42,254 nucleotides of DNA, from the NCBI GenBank assembly GCA_017543835.1, contig JAFYFJ010000001.1:1-42254 (forward strand), written 5' to 3'. How positions within the stretch are numbered: the stretch's first letter is position 1; the number at the start of each line of letters is the position of its first letter. This document shows positions 8,652 to 16,853 of this stretch, piece after piece. Below the pieces are notes generated by a model that ran no database searches, was not told where the DNA came from, and saw only the letters and a program-made list of their open reading frames with translations. A program made the position numbers and the translations under genes. The stretch is from Alphaproteobacteria bacterium (GTDB taxonomy: Bacteria > Pseudomonadota > Alphaproteobacteria > RF32 > CAG-239).

Positions 8652-8680
8652 GTAAGTAAAATCAACGATTTAGATTAAGA

Positions 8681-8717
8681 AAATCCGCAGAACCTTTGCG
8701 TTCCGCGGATTTTTTTT
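8681..8717 (+). terminator. Rho-independent terminator T2
   Basis: The sequence is AAATCCGCAGAAC-CTTTGC-GTTCCGCGGATTTTTTTT. It is homologous to the terminator at 10894-10934. Confidence 0.75.
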
Positions 8718-8719
8718 AT

Positions 8720-8769
8720 TTGACTCTGATATGTTTTTTATTTAAGGTAGCGGTTAGAAAATCTATAAT
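8720..8769 (+). promoter_or_regulatory. Junction promoter module P2
   Basis: The module reads TTGACT(8720-8725)-N17-TAAGGT, with a downstream TATAAT at 8764-8769. About 55 nt are nearly identical to 10180-10229. Confidence 0.55.
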
Positions 8770-8803
8770 TATAACAACATGTATCATTAAAATATAATTG
8801 CGT

Positions 8804-9313
8804 ATGGAAAAGACTTCTTTAGCTAAGTACATCGTCGGTTTGGCATTGTTTATCATAACCGGTATTCTTGCCGCCGCGACCATCTATTTTGACGTGTTTA
8901 CGCCGTTTTTTAAGGGGATTCAGACACCTGACGATTATGCTTTTATAGCCGTAATCACGTTGCTTTTCGGGCCATGGGTTGTTTTGTTTCTGTCTCCGGT
9001 GTTTGTCACTATTTGGGATTATATCGGAGAGAAATACGGCAAAAAACAACATCTGTTAAATGTCTGTTGGTTGGTCTTGTGTTGCGCATTTGCTTATTTT
9101 GCGGGTAATTTTCCGAGTGTTTTGATAAAAATCGGTAAACTTCCCGCCATAAGTGAATTATCTCTTCAGTTATATCGCTTGGTGATTATCCTTATAACAT
9201 TGTTTTTGTTATGTTGGCTTTGTCACTTGGTTGATTATTTTACAAACACCTTTTGGAATCTCAAAACACCAATGAGAAAACCACGAGGTGAAAACATTGT
9301 GAGTGCAAACTAA
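8804..9313 (+). CDS. Integral membrane protein (169 aa), hypothetical
   Basis: It has 4-5 hydrophobic segments. The ATG at 8804 is in the GCGTATG context. Confidence 0.6.
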   Translation: MEKTSLAKYIVGLALFIITGILAAATIYFDVFTPFFKGIQTPDDYAFIAVITLLFGPWVVLFLSPVFVTIWDYIGEKYGKKQHLLNVCWLVLCCAFAYFAGNFPSVLIKIGKLPAISELSLQLYRLVIILITLFLLCWLCHLVDYFTNTFWNLKTPMRKPRGENIVSAN

Positions 9314-9326
9314 ATAATAAACGCGT

Positions 9327-9770
9327 ATGAAAAAGTTAGTCTTTGCGTTAATTGCCGCGCTCAGCGTAGCATTAACTGGTTGCTCTGCTTTTGAAAGCGA
9401 GCCGATTGAACCGAATATCATCGGCACCGGCAATCTGCAATATGAGGCAAAAAGCGGCACTTGGTTTGTGGTTGTTGACTCAACTCAATACACCGTTGCC
9501 ACTGTAACTATTCTTGACAACAATCCGCATTCATATGGCAAAACGCAGAATGTTGAGCCGGTTGAGGGAATGTTGGTTACCGTGTTCACTTCACCGCGTA
9601 TGAATGGTATTCAGGCGGTTACCGGTAGGCAATCAATTGAGCAGATTGAGGAATTGTATCACACCGACGAAACTGGAGTTGTTGTTGTTTTTGGGCTCTT
9701 ACTGCTGTGTGTCTTAGGTATTGCTATACCAAACACCAAAAAAGTTCCTGTGGTGAATGCCGATGTATAA
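9327..9770 (+). CDS. Lipoprotein with a C-terminal TM segment (147 aa), hypothetical
   Basis: MKKLVFALIAALSVALTGC carries an L-T-G-C lipobox, and the C-terminal segment is VVVVFGLLLLCVLGIAIP. The start context is GCGTATG. Confidence 0.65.
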   Translation: MKKLVFALIAALSVALTGCSAFESEPIEPNIIGTGNLQYEAKSGTWFVVVDSTQYTVATVTILDNNPHSYGKTQNVEPVEGMLVTVFTSPRMNGIQAVTGRQSIEQIEELYHTDETGVVVVFGLLLLCVLGIAIPNTKKVPVVNADV

Positions 9771-9788
9771 CGAAAACCCTGAAAGCGT

Positions 9789-10133
9789 ATGGAAAAACAG
9801 AAATTGACTTTCCGCCAAGAGGTTGCTTATGCGCATTGGTCAGCTAAGATTGCATTTGACTTTCCGCACGTCGGATATGGCCTTATGCTTATTGCGATGG
9901 CAATTTATTTCGGGCTGGCATATTGGTTCTTCGAGCCGGAAATCCGATTTTGGGAACATTTGTCCGGTTCGCACGCTCTGGGCAAGGCCTACTTCTATCG
10001 CTTGGGTGGTGTTCTTCTGATAGTGGCTTTGAGTTACCTCACGGTGTATATCATCTACTTCATTCATGCATTGTTTGATAAGGATGAGGTTTGCCGCAAG
10101 CACTTCTTGAAGAATCATTATCGCAAACACTAA
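9789..10133 (+). CDS. Small membrane protein (114 aa), hypothetical
   Basis: It has two or three hydrophobic segments and the GCGTATG start context. It is the last gene of a three-gene unit. Confidence 0.6.
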   Translation: MEKQKLTFRQEVAYAHWSAKIAFDFPHVGYGLMLIAMAIYFGLAYWFFEPEIRFWEHLSGSHALGKAYFYRLGGVLLIVALSYLTVYIIYFIHALFDKDEVCRKHFLKNHYRKH

Positions 10134-10137
10134 ACAA

Positions 10138-10178
10138 AAAATCCCCCGCCGCCACCGTGCCGCGAGGGATTTTTTTTG
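10138..10178 (+). terminator. Rho-independent terminator T1b (copy of 8138-8178)
   Basis: A 48-nt string is identical to 8138-8185, exactly 2000 bp downstream of the first copy. Confidence 0.75.
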
Positions 10179-10179
10179 T

Positions 10180-10227
10180 TTGACTCTGATGTATTTTTTA
10201 TTTATGGTGCGTGTAGAAATTTATAAT
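10180..10227 (+). promoter_or_regulatory. Junction promoter module P3
   Basis: TTGACT lies at 10180-10185 and TATAAT at 10222-10227. The sequence is nearly identical to P2. Confidence 0.55.
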
Positions 10228-10269
10228 TATACCAAAAAAATTATTTACAAAACAAAATATTATTAGCGT

Positions 10270-10890
10270 ATGGAACAAATTATCGATTCAAAAACTTCAA
10301 CAAAGAAGAAGTCTGCCCAAAAGCATTGGTTTACGCCAAAAGTTGCGGCTCTGGTCAAGAAAATTTCAACAGAAAAATGGTTCGTCAGCGAAGTCATTTA
10401 TCCCAAAGAAGTCCCCGGATGCGAGATTTTCGATTATAACGGTTGTATGCGGCTGTATCATAATAAAGCTCGATTTTTTGCAATGAATGATGAGCGGCTG
10501 AATACCGAAATCGGCAAATATTGCAACCTGAATATCGATTTTGTCAGCGCCGAAAAAATCATTATCCGACAACCCGACGAAACGGCCTTTGATAAATGGA
10601 ATAACGGTGCGCAATTTGAGTTGACTTCTCTATGGCCCGGACGACAGCTGGTTGTTGCCACAAACCACACAACTCATCAGCTTATGGCACTTGCGCCGAT
10701 TTTTGTTGTATCTACTCCGGAATTTCGTTCTACCAGTGACCTTGGAAGATTCTATGAGTTTGAAAAGGAGTTTAAACTCTGCCGGAAGCATTTGGAAACA
10801 CGACAAATCAAGGCCTTACATCCGGAAACGCCGGACTTTTTGCAAAACTCGTATAATTTGCTGATTTGGTTGAAAAATCATTGTTATTGA
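10270..10890 (+). CDS. Hypothetical cytoplasmic protein (206 aa)
   Basis: It is a complete ORF with the GCGTATG start context. It has its own promoter module upstream and a terminator downstream. I recognise no motif. Confidence 0.6.
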   Translation: MEQIIDSKTSTKKKSAQKHWFTPKVAALVKKISTEKWFVSEVIYPKEVPGCEIFDYNGCMRLYHNKARFFAMNDERLNTEIGKYCNLNIDFVSAEKIIIRQPDETAFDKWNNGAQFELTSLWPGRQLVVATNHTTHQLMALAPIFVVSTPEFRSTSDLGRFYEFEKEFKLCRKHLETRQIKALHPETPDFLQNSYNLLIWLKNHCY

Positions 10891-10893
10891 ACT

Positions 10894-10934
10894 AAAAAAA
10901 ATCCGTCGAACTTAGCGTTTCGGCGGATTTTTTT
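10894..10934. terminator. Bidirectional terminator between the cassette array and the convergent U32 gene
   Basis: The sequence is AAAAAAA-ATCCGTCGAAC-TTAGC-GTTTCGGCGGAT-TTTTTT, with A- and T-runs on both sides. Confidence 0.7.
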
Positions 10935-10945
10935 GTTGCACGCAT

Positions 10946-13216
10946 CTAAATATTTTTATTTAAAAAGTTTCCATTAATACAATCAGATACATTTTCAAAT
11001 TTAAGTAATTTATCAACTATTTTTTGCACCATTTCCGCCGTATACGGACGATACACAAAGTCCATACGGAAGAAGTCCGGCGATAAATCTTGCGCTTCGG
11101 CCGCAATGCAATACGGCTTGTCGTCAAACACCATCATCTGACAATCTTTCGACAATGCCTTGTAGTTGCGTCCCTGACGCTCTAAATCAAACCACATCGG
11201 CTGACCGGAACATTGTTTGCAATTGTTGTCGCGAATACAACCGACACTCGTGAACAACGGCACATCCTGATACACAATAAGCGCCGTTTTAATATTTGAT
11301 TTTTCTGTTACATTACAAATATTTGTTTTAATATCTTCAAGTGATAATGTAATTTGAGAAGCACCCATTTCCGCCGCCATAGACATCGCCTGCGTGTTCA
11401 AGATATAGAGCGATGAATCAAAACTGATGTCAAGTTTTTCGGTCGGCAATACTTCGAGCGCCCAATAATTTGCGACTTCCCACTTGCAATAGCCGCCGTC
11501 AAGCAGACGCCGGATTATATCGGCAAAAAGCGCCGGATGCCGACAAACCGCCGGCAACGCAAGCCGCACCTTGTTTTTCGGCAACTTATTCAAAGCGCTG
11601 ATATCACTTTGCGGGCTGATGAGATAAATCACCTCGGCGAAGTTATCTAAATCAAGTAAATTCAAATAATTAATGTCATCAATTTTGATGGCAAAACGCG
11701 GTTGTGCCGGCTCTTTACCGCGCACCGCTACCGGTGGCAGTTCGCCGTGGAATTCCGGCACCGTAATTTGCACATATAAATCGCGCCGCAGTTCATTCAA
11801 CAATGATGCCGGCGTAAATAAATTTTGCGTATTTTCAATAGTTAACGCGTGCAAATTAAATGCCGTATCGCCGGTCTTGGCAAATGCCGCCTTAATGGCC
11901 TCCGCGCTTTTTTGCGGATTATTCGCCGGCGTAAATGCGCCGTTAATCGTTGCCGAATAATTGCCGCAAATCGCCGTAATTTTGTTCGGCTCGACCGTCA
12001 CAACAACATCTATGTCTTTGTTATTGCGGAACATATTCGGTTTCGGCCTGTCATAACGATAAGCACCTTTCACCGCGCCCGACGATGCCAAATAAATTTT
12101 ATCGCCTTTTTCGAGGTGCGGATACCCTTTCGGCAACTCGATTTCAACCGTTTCGCCGGCGGCCGCCTCAAACACGTTCTTTTTGCCGACAAACAGCTTT
12201 TGCACCGAAAATCCGAACGGCTTTTCATCGCCGGCGGCATCGATTTGCAAGCCGTCGTGCCGCGCCACAATATGATTTGGGACAAAGCGCAATTTGCCGT
12301 GTGTCACACTTTCGACCGCGCCGACGAGCAAGCCGCGATGCCCGACAAAATCGCGGTCGATAACCGCCTTATCCTTGCCGTTGAAATGGAATTTGCACCA
12401 CGGGCGCGAAAAAATCTGCTTAATATTTTCCTCTTTATGCGTATCGGCGCCCTTACCGTCGAGAATGCCGCGATAATAATCGGTGACGGCCGCCACATAA
12501 AGCGCGGATTTTTTGCGTCCCTCGATTTTGAGGGAATCAACCGGCATATCAAGCACATCTTCTTGCAGAGCCATATCTTTCATCGAAAACAGATGACTTT
12601 TCTTGCCGTCGCACATAAACGCCGCACGGCACGGATACACGCATTTGCCGCGATTGGCACTGCGCCCGTATTCGAGTGCGGAAAACTGGCACAAACCGCT
12701 GTATGAGTAGCACAGCGCGCCGTGAATAAACGCTTCGGTTTCGAGGTTCGGAATCGCGGCAATTTCCTTGATTTCCGCCTTTGTCAGCTCGCGCGCCAAA
12801 ACCACGCGCTTAAAGCCCATTTTTTGCAAAAACAGTGCGCCTTCTTTGTTGTGCACCGCCATTTGCGTGCTGGCGTGCATTTCAAACCACGGATATTGCT
12901 CGCGCAACACCCGCGCCACACCCAAATCCTGAATAATCAGCCCATCAACTTTGCAACGTGTGCAAACGTCCAAACTTTTGATTAAATCCGGCAATTCGCT
13001 TTCTTGCAAAACGGTGTTGAGTGCCACATACACCTTACGATTGAGGGCGTGCGCATAGGCGGTAAATTCGTCGAGCGTATCGGCATCAAAGTTGGTTGCG
13101 GTTGCGCGTGCCGAAAACTTCGACAAGCCCAAATAGACGGCATCGGCGCCGTAATAAAGCGCGGCATATCCGGCCTCAACATCGCCCGCCGGCGCCAACA
13201 GTTCTTGTTTTTTCAT
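10946..13216 (-). CDS. Peptidase U32 family protein, long form (about 756 aa)
   Basis: ELLAPAGDVEAGYAALYYGADAVYLG, IIQDLG and the Cys cluster CYSYSGLCQFS...GKCVYPCR are typical of U32/PrtC-like proteins. The SD GAGGA lies 8 nt before the ATG at 13216, and the track start is at 13225. Confidence 0.9.
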   Translation of the reverse strand: MKKQELLAPAGDVEAGYAALYYGADAVYLGLSKFSARATATNFDADTLDEFTAYAHALNRKVYVALNTVLQESELPDLIKSLDVCTRCKVDGLIIQDLGVARVLREQYPWFEMHASTQMAVHNKEGALFLQKMGFKRVVLARELTKAEIKEIAAIPNLETEAFIHGALCYSYSGLCQFSALEYGRSANRGKCVYPCRAAFMCDGKKSHLFSMKDMALQEDVLDMPVDSLKIEGRKKSALYVAAVTDYYRGILDGKGADTHKEENIKQIFSRPWCKFHFNGKDKAVIDRDFVGHRGLLVGAVESVTHGKLRFVPNHIVARHDGLQIDAAGDEKPFGFSVQKLFVGKKNVFEAAAGETVEIELPKGYPHLEKGDKIYLASSGAVKGAYRYDRPKPNMFRNNKDIDVVVTVEPNKITAICGNYSATINGAFTPANNPQKSAEAIKAAFAKTGDTAFNLHALTIENTQNLFTPASLLNELRRDLYVQITVPEFHGELPPVAVRGKEPAQPRFAIKIDDINYLNLLDLDNFAEVIYLISPQSDISALNKLPKNKVRLALPAVCRHPALFADIIRRLLDGGYCKWEVANYWALEVLPTEKLDISFDSSLYILNTQAMSMAAEMGASQITLSLEDIKTNICNVTEKSNIKTALIVYQDVPLFTSVGCIRDNNCKQCSGQPMWFDLERQGRNYKALSKDCQMMVFDDKPYCIAAEAQDLSPDFFRMDFVYRPYTAEMVQKIVDKLLKFENVSDCINGNFLNKNI

Positions 13217-13247
13217 CAGGACCATCCTCTAAATTCAGCTTAGCGCT

Positions 13248-13276
13248 AAGTTACGGCAAATCCGCCGCGTTGTCAA
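13248..13276 (-). promoter_or_regulatory. Sigma70-like promoter for the U32 gene (TTGACA-N17-TAACTT on the minus strand)
   Basis: The -35 box is at 13276-13271 and the -10 box at 13253-13248. It is flanked by two direct copies of GCGGCGGATTTG (13257-13268 and 13287-13298). Confidence 0.5.
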
Positions 13277-13302
13277 GAGGCGATAACAAATCCGCCGCAA
13301 AC

Positions 13303-13338
13303 AAAAAAGCCGTCGGATTTTACTCCGACAGCTTTTTT
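13303..13338. terminator. Terminator downstream of 13350-14675
   Basis: The hairpin is AGCCGTCGGA-TTTTAC-TCCGACAGCT, flanked by A- and T-runs. Confidence 0.65.
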
Positions 13339-13349
13339 ATGAATTAGGG

Positions 13350-14675
13350 TCAGGCATCTTCCGGCGGGTCAAGACGATAGCCGCGTTTCTTACATTCTTC
13401 CGCAACTTCCGTGTCGAGCTGATAAGCGCTCAGCAACCAACATTGTGAAATGTAGAATTGCAGAGCTCCCTCATTTTTCGGCTCAAGCAGACGTTTGTGC
13501 AGCGCCTTCGGCAGAGGATAATGAGAGATGTATTCAAGCGCCAAATCATTGGAATCCGGACAATCAAACATCTTATCCAACTTCTCCTCGGTCAATTCCT
13601 GACGGTCATAAATGCGCCTGTGCAGGTCTTTTTCAACCTCTTTAATAATCTCCTGCAAGGTCGGACGCAGATAGTCGTGCTTGTCCAAGATGAAGTCAAT
13701 CTTGTCGTTCAGAATACCAAACTGCGGCTCATTAACGAAAATCATCTCAGCAAAGTCTTTGTCTTTATACCACAGCATATGCATAATGGCTCTTGCGTCA
13801 AGACGGTGACCGTTCCGATGGAACATCTGATATTGCAAAGCGCTCATTTCCTTTTGAGCGGCAACGCTGATTTTCTTCTTCGAGGCGCAAAACTCTGCCC
13901 ATTCGTCGATTTTTTCAATCGTATCCATGTTAAACAGGCGCTTGGTCGTGAGTTTCTGCAAATAGACATCTTCGCTGTCGACAACGGCTTGTTTGAGGGC
14001 TTCAGAGGCCTTGTCACAGGTCGTGACGTTTTCCATCATCTCCCGGCTGATACCGCATCTTTCGATGTATTCGCACAGAATACGACCGACAACCCCCGAC
14101 GCATACTTTTCGCTCTCGGCGCATGCCTTTTCAATCAGAATTTCGGCCTGCGTTTTAGGTAATGTGCCGGCTTCCATATATCCTCTGATTAAGGCACGCA
14201 CCTTTTGCTCAGAAACGGTCAAGTCCAGCAAAGCCGAGAACAAGTCGTTGCGTTCCTTCATCCCCTTGGCCAGACACTCGAAAGGAAAATAACCGTTGTT
14301 TTTTACCAACCTTGCCCAAGCTTCAGGACTAAGCTTCCAAAGCGCTTCTTCTGAGCTGTTGACGAGCCGGAAATAAGTAATTTGTTCATCAATGGTGTAG
14401 TTTTGGAGCAAATCCGGTGTAATCCACCATTTTGCCCACTTAAACGGCCATTTCAGCGCCAACCGAGTGTAAAGCTTGCAGACAGTTTTGCCGCAATAGT
14501 CCTTGGTATGGACCATAGCTGCCGCAAACGCCGGAGCAACCAAGTTGATAACCAACAACACGAGAGGATTGAAAAGCACCACAAACCAGAAAATTGCACC
14601 CGTGTAAAAAACAATGTAAAGACACATGGTGGAGACAGGCACCCTTTGGGATGCACTCAAATTTTTGGAAGACAT
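13350..14675 (-). CDS. Membrane-anchored orphan protein (441 aa), paralog of 30746-31903
   Basis: It has an N-terminal double TM (MCLYIVFYTGAIFWFVVLFNPLVLLVINLVAPAFAAAMV) and a large helical domain. WAEFCASKKKISVAAQKEMSALQYQMFHRNGHRLD aligns to WTNFCKSKKDICRAAQKKMGHRQYQIFAETGHKLE in the paralog. Confidence 0.75.
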   Translation of the reverse strand: MSSKNLSASQRVPVSTMCLYIVFYTGAIFWFVVLFNPLVLLVINLVAPAFAAAMVHTKDYCGKTVCKLYTRLALKWPFKWAKWWITPDLLQNYTIDEQITYFRLVNSSEEALWKLSPEAWARLVKNNGYFPFECLAKGMKERNDLFSALLDLTVSEQKVRALIRGYMEAGTLPKTQAEILIEKACAESEKYASGVVGRILCEYIERCGISREMMENVTTCDKASEALKQAVVDSEDVYLQKLTTKRLFNMDTIEKIDEWAEFCASKKKISVAAQKEMSALQYQMFHRNGHRLDARAIMHMLWYKDKDFAEMIFVNEPQFGILNDKIDFILDKHDYLRPTLQEIIKEVEKDLHRRIYDRQELTEEKLDKMFDCPDSNDLALEYISHYPLPKALHKRLLEPKNEGALQFYISQCWLLSAYQLDTEVAEECKKRGYRLDPPEDA

Positions 14676-14912
14676 AATTTTGAAATTTAAGTCTTTCGCC
14701 CAGTTCCTCGCGGGCCAAACTTAGTGAGATTGTCAGGGGGAACTTGAACACTGCCGTAAAACAGCGATCAGACAGACAATCTGCTTTACTTTTAATGAAC
14801 ATCATTCGGACTTATCTCGCATTTTCCATGCATTTACCTTTAGGCCACTAAAACCTAATCCGATAAATAATAAATCATCATTATAGAATATCATTATACA
14901 TAAAACGTCGCC

Positions 14913-14941
14913 AGTTTAGCATTGGCCAAAACTTTTGTCAA
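14913..14941 (-). promoter_or_regulatory. Sigma70-like promoter (TTGACA-N17-TAAACT, minus strand), about 230 nt upstream of the ATG at 14675
   Basis: The -35 box is at 14941-14936 and the -10 box at 14918-14913. Confidence 0.5.
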
Positions 14942-14960
14942 GTGATTATTTTTAATGCTT

Positions 14961-15008
14961 TATGTAATTGCGGTCGGCAAATCGTAGCCGTGCCCCGAAA
15001 GGTTACCC
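14961..15008 (+). repeat. Hairpin repeat element copy E3 (degenerate, + orientation)
   Basis: TATGTAATTGCGGTCGGCAAATCGTAGCCGTGCCCCGAAAGGTTACCC retains the GTGCCCC-GAAA-GG module and a decayed stem. Confidence 0.55.
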
Positions 15009-15659
15009 TATTCCTACACATCTTTGCACCGCGCCTAAGGAGATTTTTCGCCAATGATTAAGGGGTGCGGTCAAAGCAATGTTAAAATACGCATTTTCAA
15101 TATCATACCAAAAAGAAAACGGGTTTTTTTCGGCTGATTTCGAGAGCGGCGGTGCACACTTTAAGTTCGGATGCACAACTGCGAATCGGTTAAAATCATA
15201 TAATATTGCGCAAAATCAATATATTATTTTATAAGTTGCGCCTTTATCACACCCTCGGCCGCAATATATGTTGTAAATTCCGCAAACAATTCTCATTGGC
15301 CGCAAAACAAAATTTCTTCACAAAATCAATGCGTTATCAATACTCGTAAAAATTATTCTATTTTTAAGCTTGATTATTATAAATTGTATTATATTGTTTA
15401 ACGCGTTGAGAGTATTTTTTATTATATGTTTCTTAATAAGATATATAACGGGTTATATACTTTCGACATCGGGCGTAATCTTTGGACGTGCAAAATTTTT
15501 TGGACTATCGACATCGTTACTTCCGGAAAATATTGTGAAATACGCGGTGCAAGCCAAAATTTTGACACGTTTCGAGATTGCATTTTTTGCTAATTTCTTG
15601 AACTTTGAGGACATTTAACGATGAACTTGAATTTCAAACTTTTTAAGGAGAAAAAAACG

Positions 15660-15863
15660 ATGTTAACCGGAACGGTAAAATGGTTTAATACGCGTAAGGG
15701 CTACGGATTTATCGAGCCGACAGACGGCGGAAAAGATATTTTCGTGCATATCACAAAACTCGAAGAAAAAGGCATACGGCGCCTTTATGAAGGCCAGCAT
15801 GTCAGCTACGAGCCATACGATGACAGAGGCCGTATTGCCGCCGGCAGCATCGTTTTGCTCTAG
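15660..15863 (+). CDS. cspA: Cold-shock protein, CspA family (67 aa)
   Basis: MLTGTVKWFNTRKGYGFIEPTDGGKDIFVHIT carries the RNP1/RNP2 motifs. The SD AAGGAG lies about 9 nt upstream of the ATG at 15660. The track start at 15621 is probably too far upstream. Confidence 0.92.
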   Translation: MLTGTVKWFNTRKGYGFIEPTDGGKDIFVHITKLEEKGIRRLYEGQHVSYEPYDDRGRIAAGSIVLL

Positions 15864-15972
15864 ATTTTATAAGCGCATTCTCTCCGCCATTGGCATCTTC
15901 CACCTCGCTACTGACGGAGAGAGGCGCTTGCCTGTTTTTAGGGCAGAAAATCAGCGAGTAAACTCTTAAACA

Positions 15973-16009
15973 CATATCTGAGATTTGTTTTTGATGAATC
16001 TCAGATATG
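15973..16009 (+). terminator. Perfect 12-bp inverted repeat downstream of csp (terminator or operator)
   Basis: CATATCTGAGAT-N13-ATCTCAGATATG is followed by ATTTTATTT. Its 3' arm contains the first ATG of track ORF 16007. Confidence 0.35.
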
Positions 16010-16066
16010 ATTTTATTTATCTTCAAGAACAGGATTATAAATGACGCAAATGGTAATCTTTATGAT

Positions 16067-16759
16067 ATGAAAACCGTTTACGGCACTATAAGAGATATTA
16101 AGGAAAAATATGGTAATTCTGTTGCTTCGATAAGAAAAGAAACCAAGAAATCAAATATTATGGCTTCTGAAACACTTGATTGGGTGGATGAGCCTGACGG
16201 GTTTATCACTACGGCAAACGGAAATGTAGTTCCTATCGAATATCTTGATGTAACTGATGTATCAGAAACATTTGAGGGTTTGCAAGAATATACTCGTGAA
16301 GAAGTTATTGATAAACTGAATTCCGAGTTAAACAAACTTATTGATGAAAAATATGATACAGGAACTCCGCCTTTACAAATTCGTATAGATAAAGGTAAAG
16401 TCCCGCATATTGTTGATAATGGTAAATCTTTACGCCCTACTCAACAAAAACAAAAAGGTGCGGCATTATTAACATTAAAAGAAATCATCAGTAAAGCAAA
16501 AAAAACTGAAAGAGATGGAACTGTTGATTTAAATCATAATAAAGGAAGAAATAAACAGCGAAAAGAAGATACCGTTGAAAAGTATGTTTATTTTGAAGCA
16601 TTTGTGAAAATCAAGGCTAAAAACAAAGATACTGGTAAATATGAAGTCAGAGTTCATCCGGTAGAATTGGCAACTGAACAGATAAAAGGTCAAGATGCTA
16701 ACTTATTGGATTTATATAATGTTCACGTAAAAAAGGGACGCGCTGCAAATAGTAATTAA
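16067..16759 (+). CDS. Hypothetical protein, AT-rich, probably MGE-derived (start uncertain: 16007 or 16067)
   Basis: It is a complete ORF, Lys-rich and visibly more AT-rich than the backbone. The segment KVPHIVDNGKSLRP...LTLKEIISKAKKTE...YVYFEAFVKI...YEVRVHPVE resembles phage or conjugative polyvalent-protein modules only loosely, from memory. A long imperfect hairpin spans the stop (about 16735-16790). Confidence 0.55.
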   Translation: MKTVYGTIRDIKEKYGNSVASIRKETKKSNIMASETLDWVDEPDGFITTANGNVVPIEYLDVTDVSETFEGLQEYTREEVIDKLNSELNKLIDEKYDTGTPPLQIRIDKGKVPHIVDNGKSLRPTQQKQKGAALLTLKEIISKAKKTERDGTVDLNHNKGRNKQRKEDTVEKYVYFEAFVKIKAKNKDTGKYEVRVHPVELATEQIKGQDANLLDLYNVHVKKGRAANSN

Positions 16760-16853
16760 CTATTTATGCTGCAGACCGCGTCCCTTTCTGATTATATTAT
16801 AACCCATTTTTTCAAAAAAATAAATAAAAAAATGGTATATTTCGGAAAAAAAT

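Noticed and set aside
8138-10185. Repeated 48-nt blocks as a possible CRISPR array
   Set aside because: There are only two identical copies, 2 kb apart. Each is a terminator hairpin with a T-run at a gene end, and protein-coding genes lie between them. No cas genes are present.
7400-10940. Calling the small membrane and lipoprotein genes an immunity-gene island of a polymorphic toxin system
   Set aside because: There is no toxin gene, toxin C-terminal fragment, secretion-system gene or recognisable immunity family in or next to the array. I keep this only as one hypothesis within the cassette-array finding.
15054-15137. 27-codon ORF (MIKGCGQSNVKIRIFNIIPKRKRVFFG) preceded by AAGGAGA
   Set aside because: The SD spacing is long (10 nt), there is no supporting conservation or hydrophobic or toxic character, and the ORF is too short to support from sequence alone.
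15370-15618. 82-aa ORF directly upstream of csp
   Set aside because: It is extremely AT-rich with a hydrophobic low-complexity translation. It has no SD and occupies the position of the long 5' leader typical of cold-shock genes.
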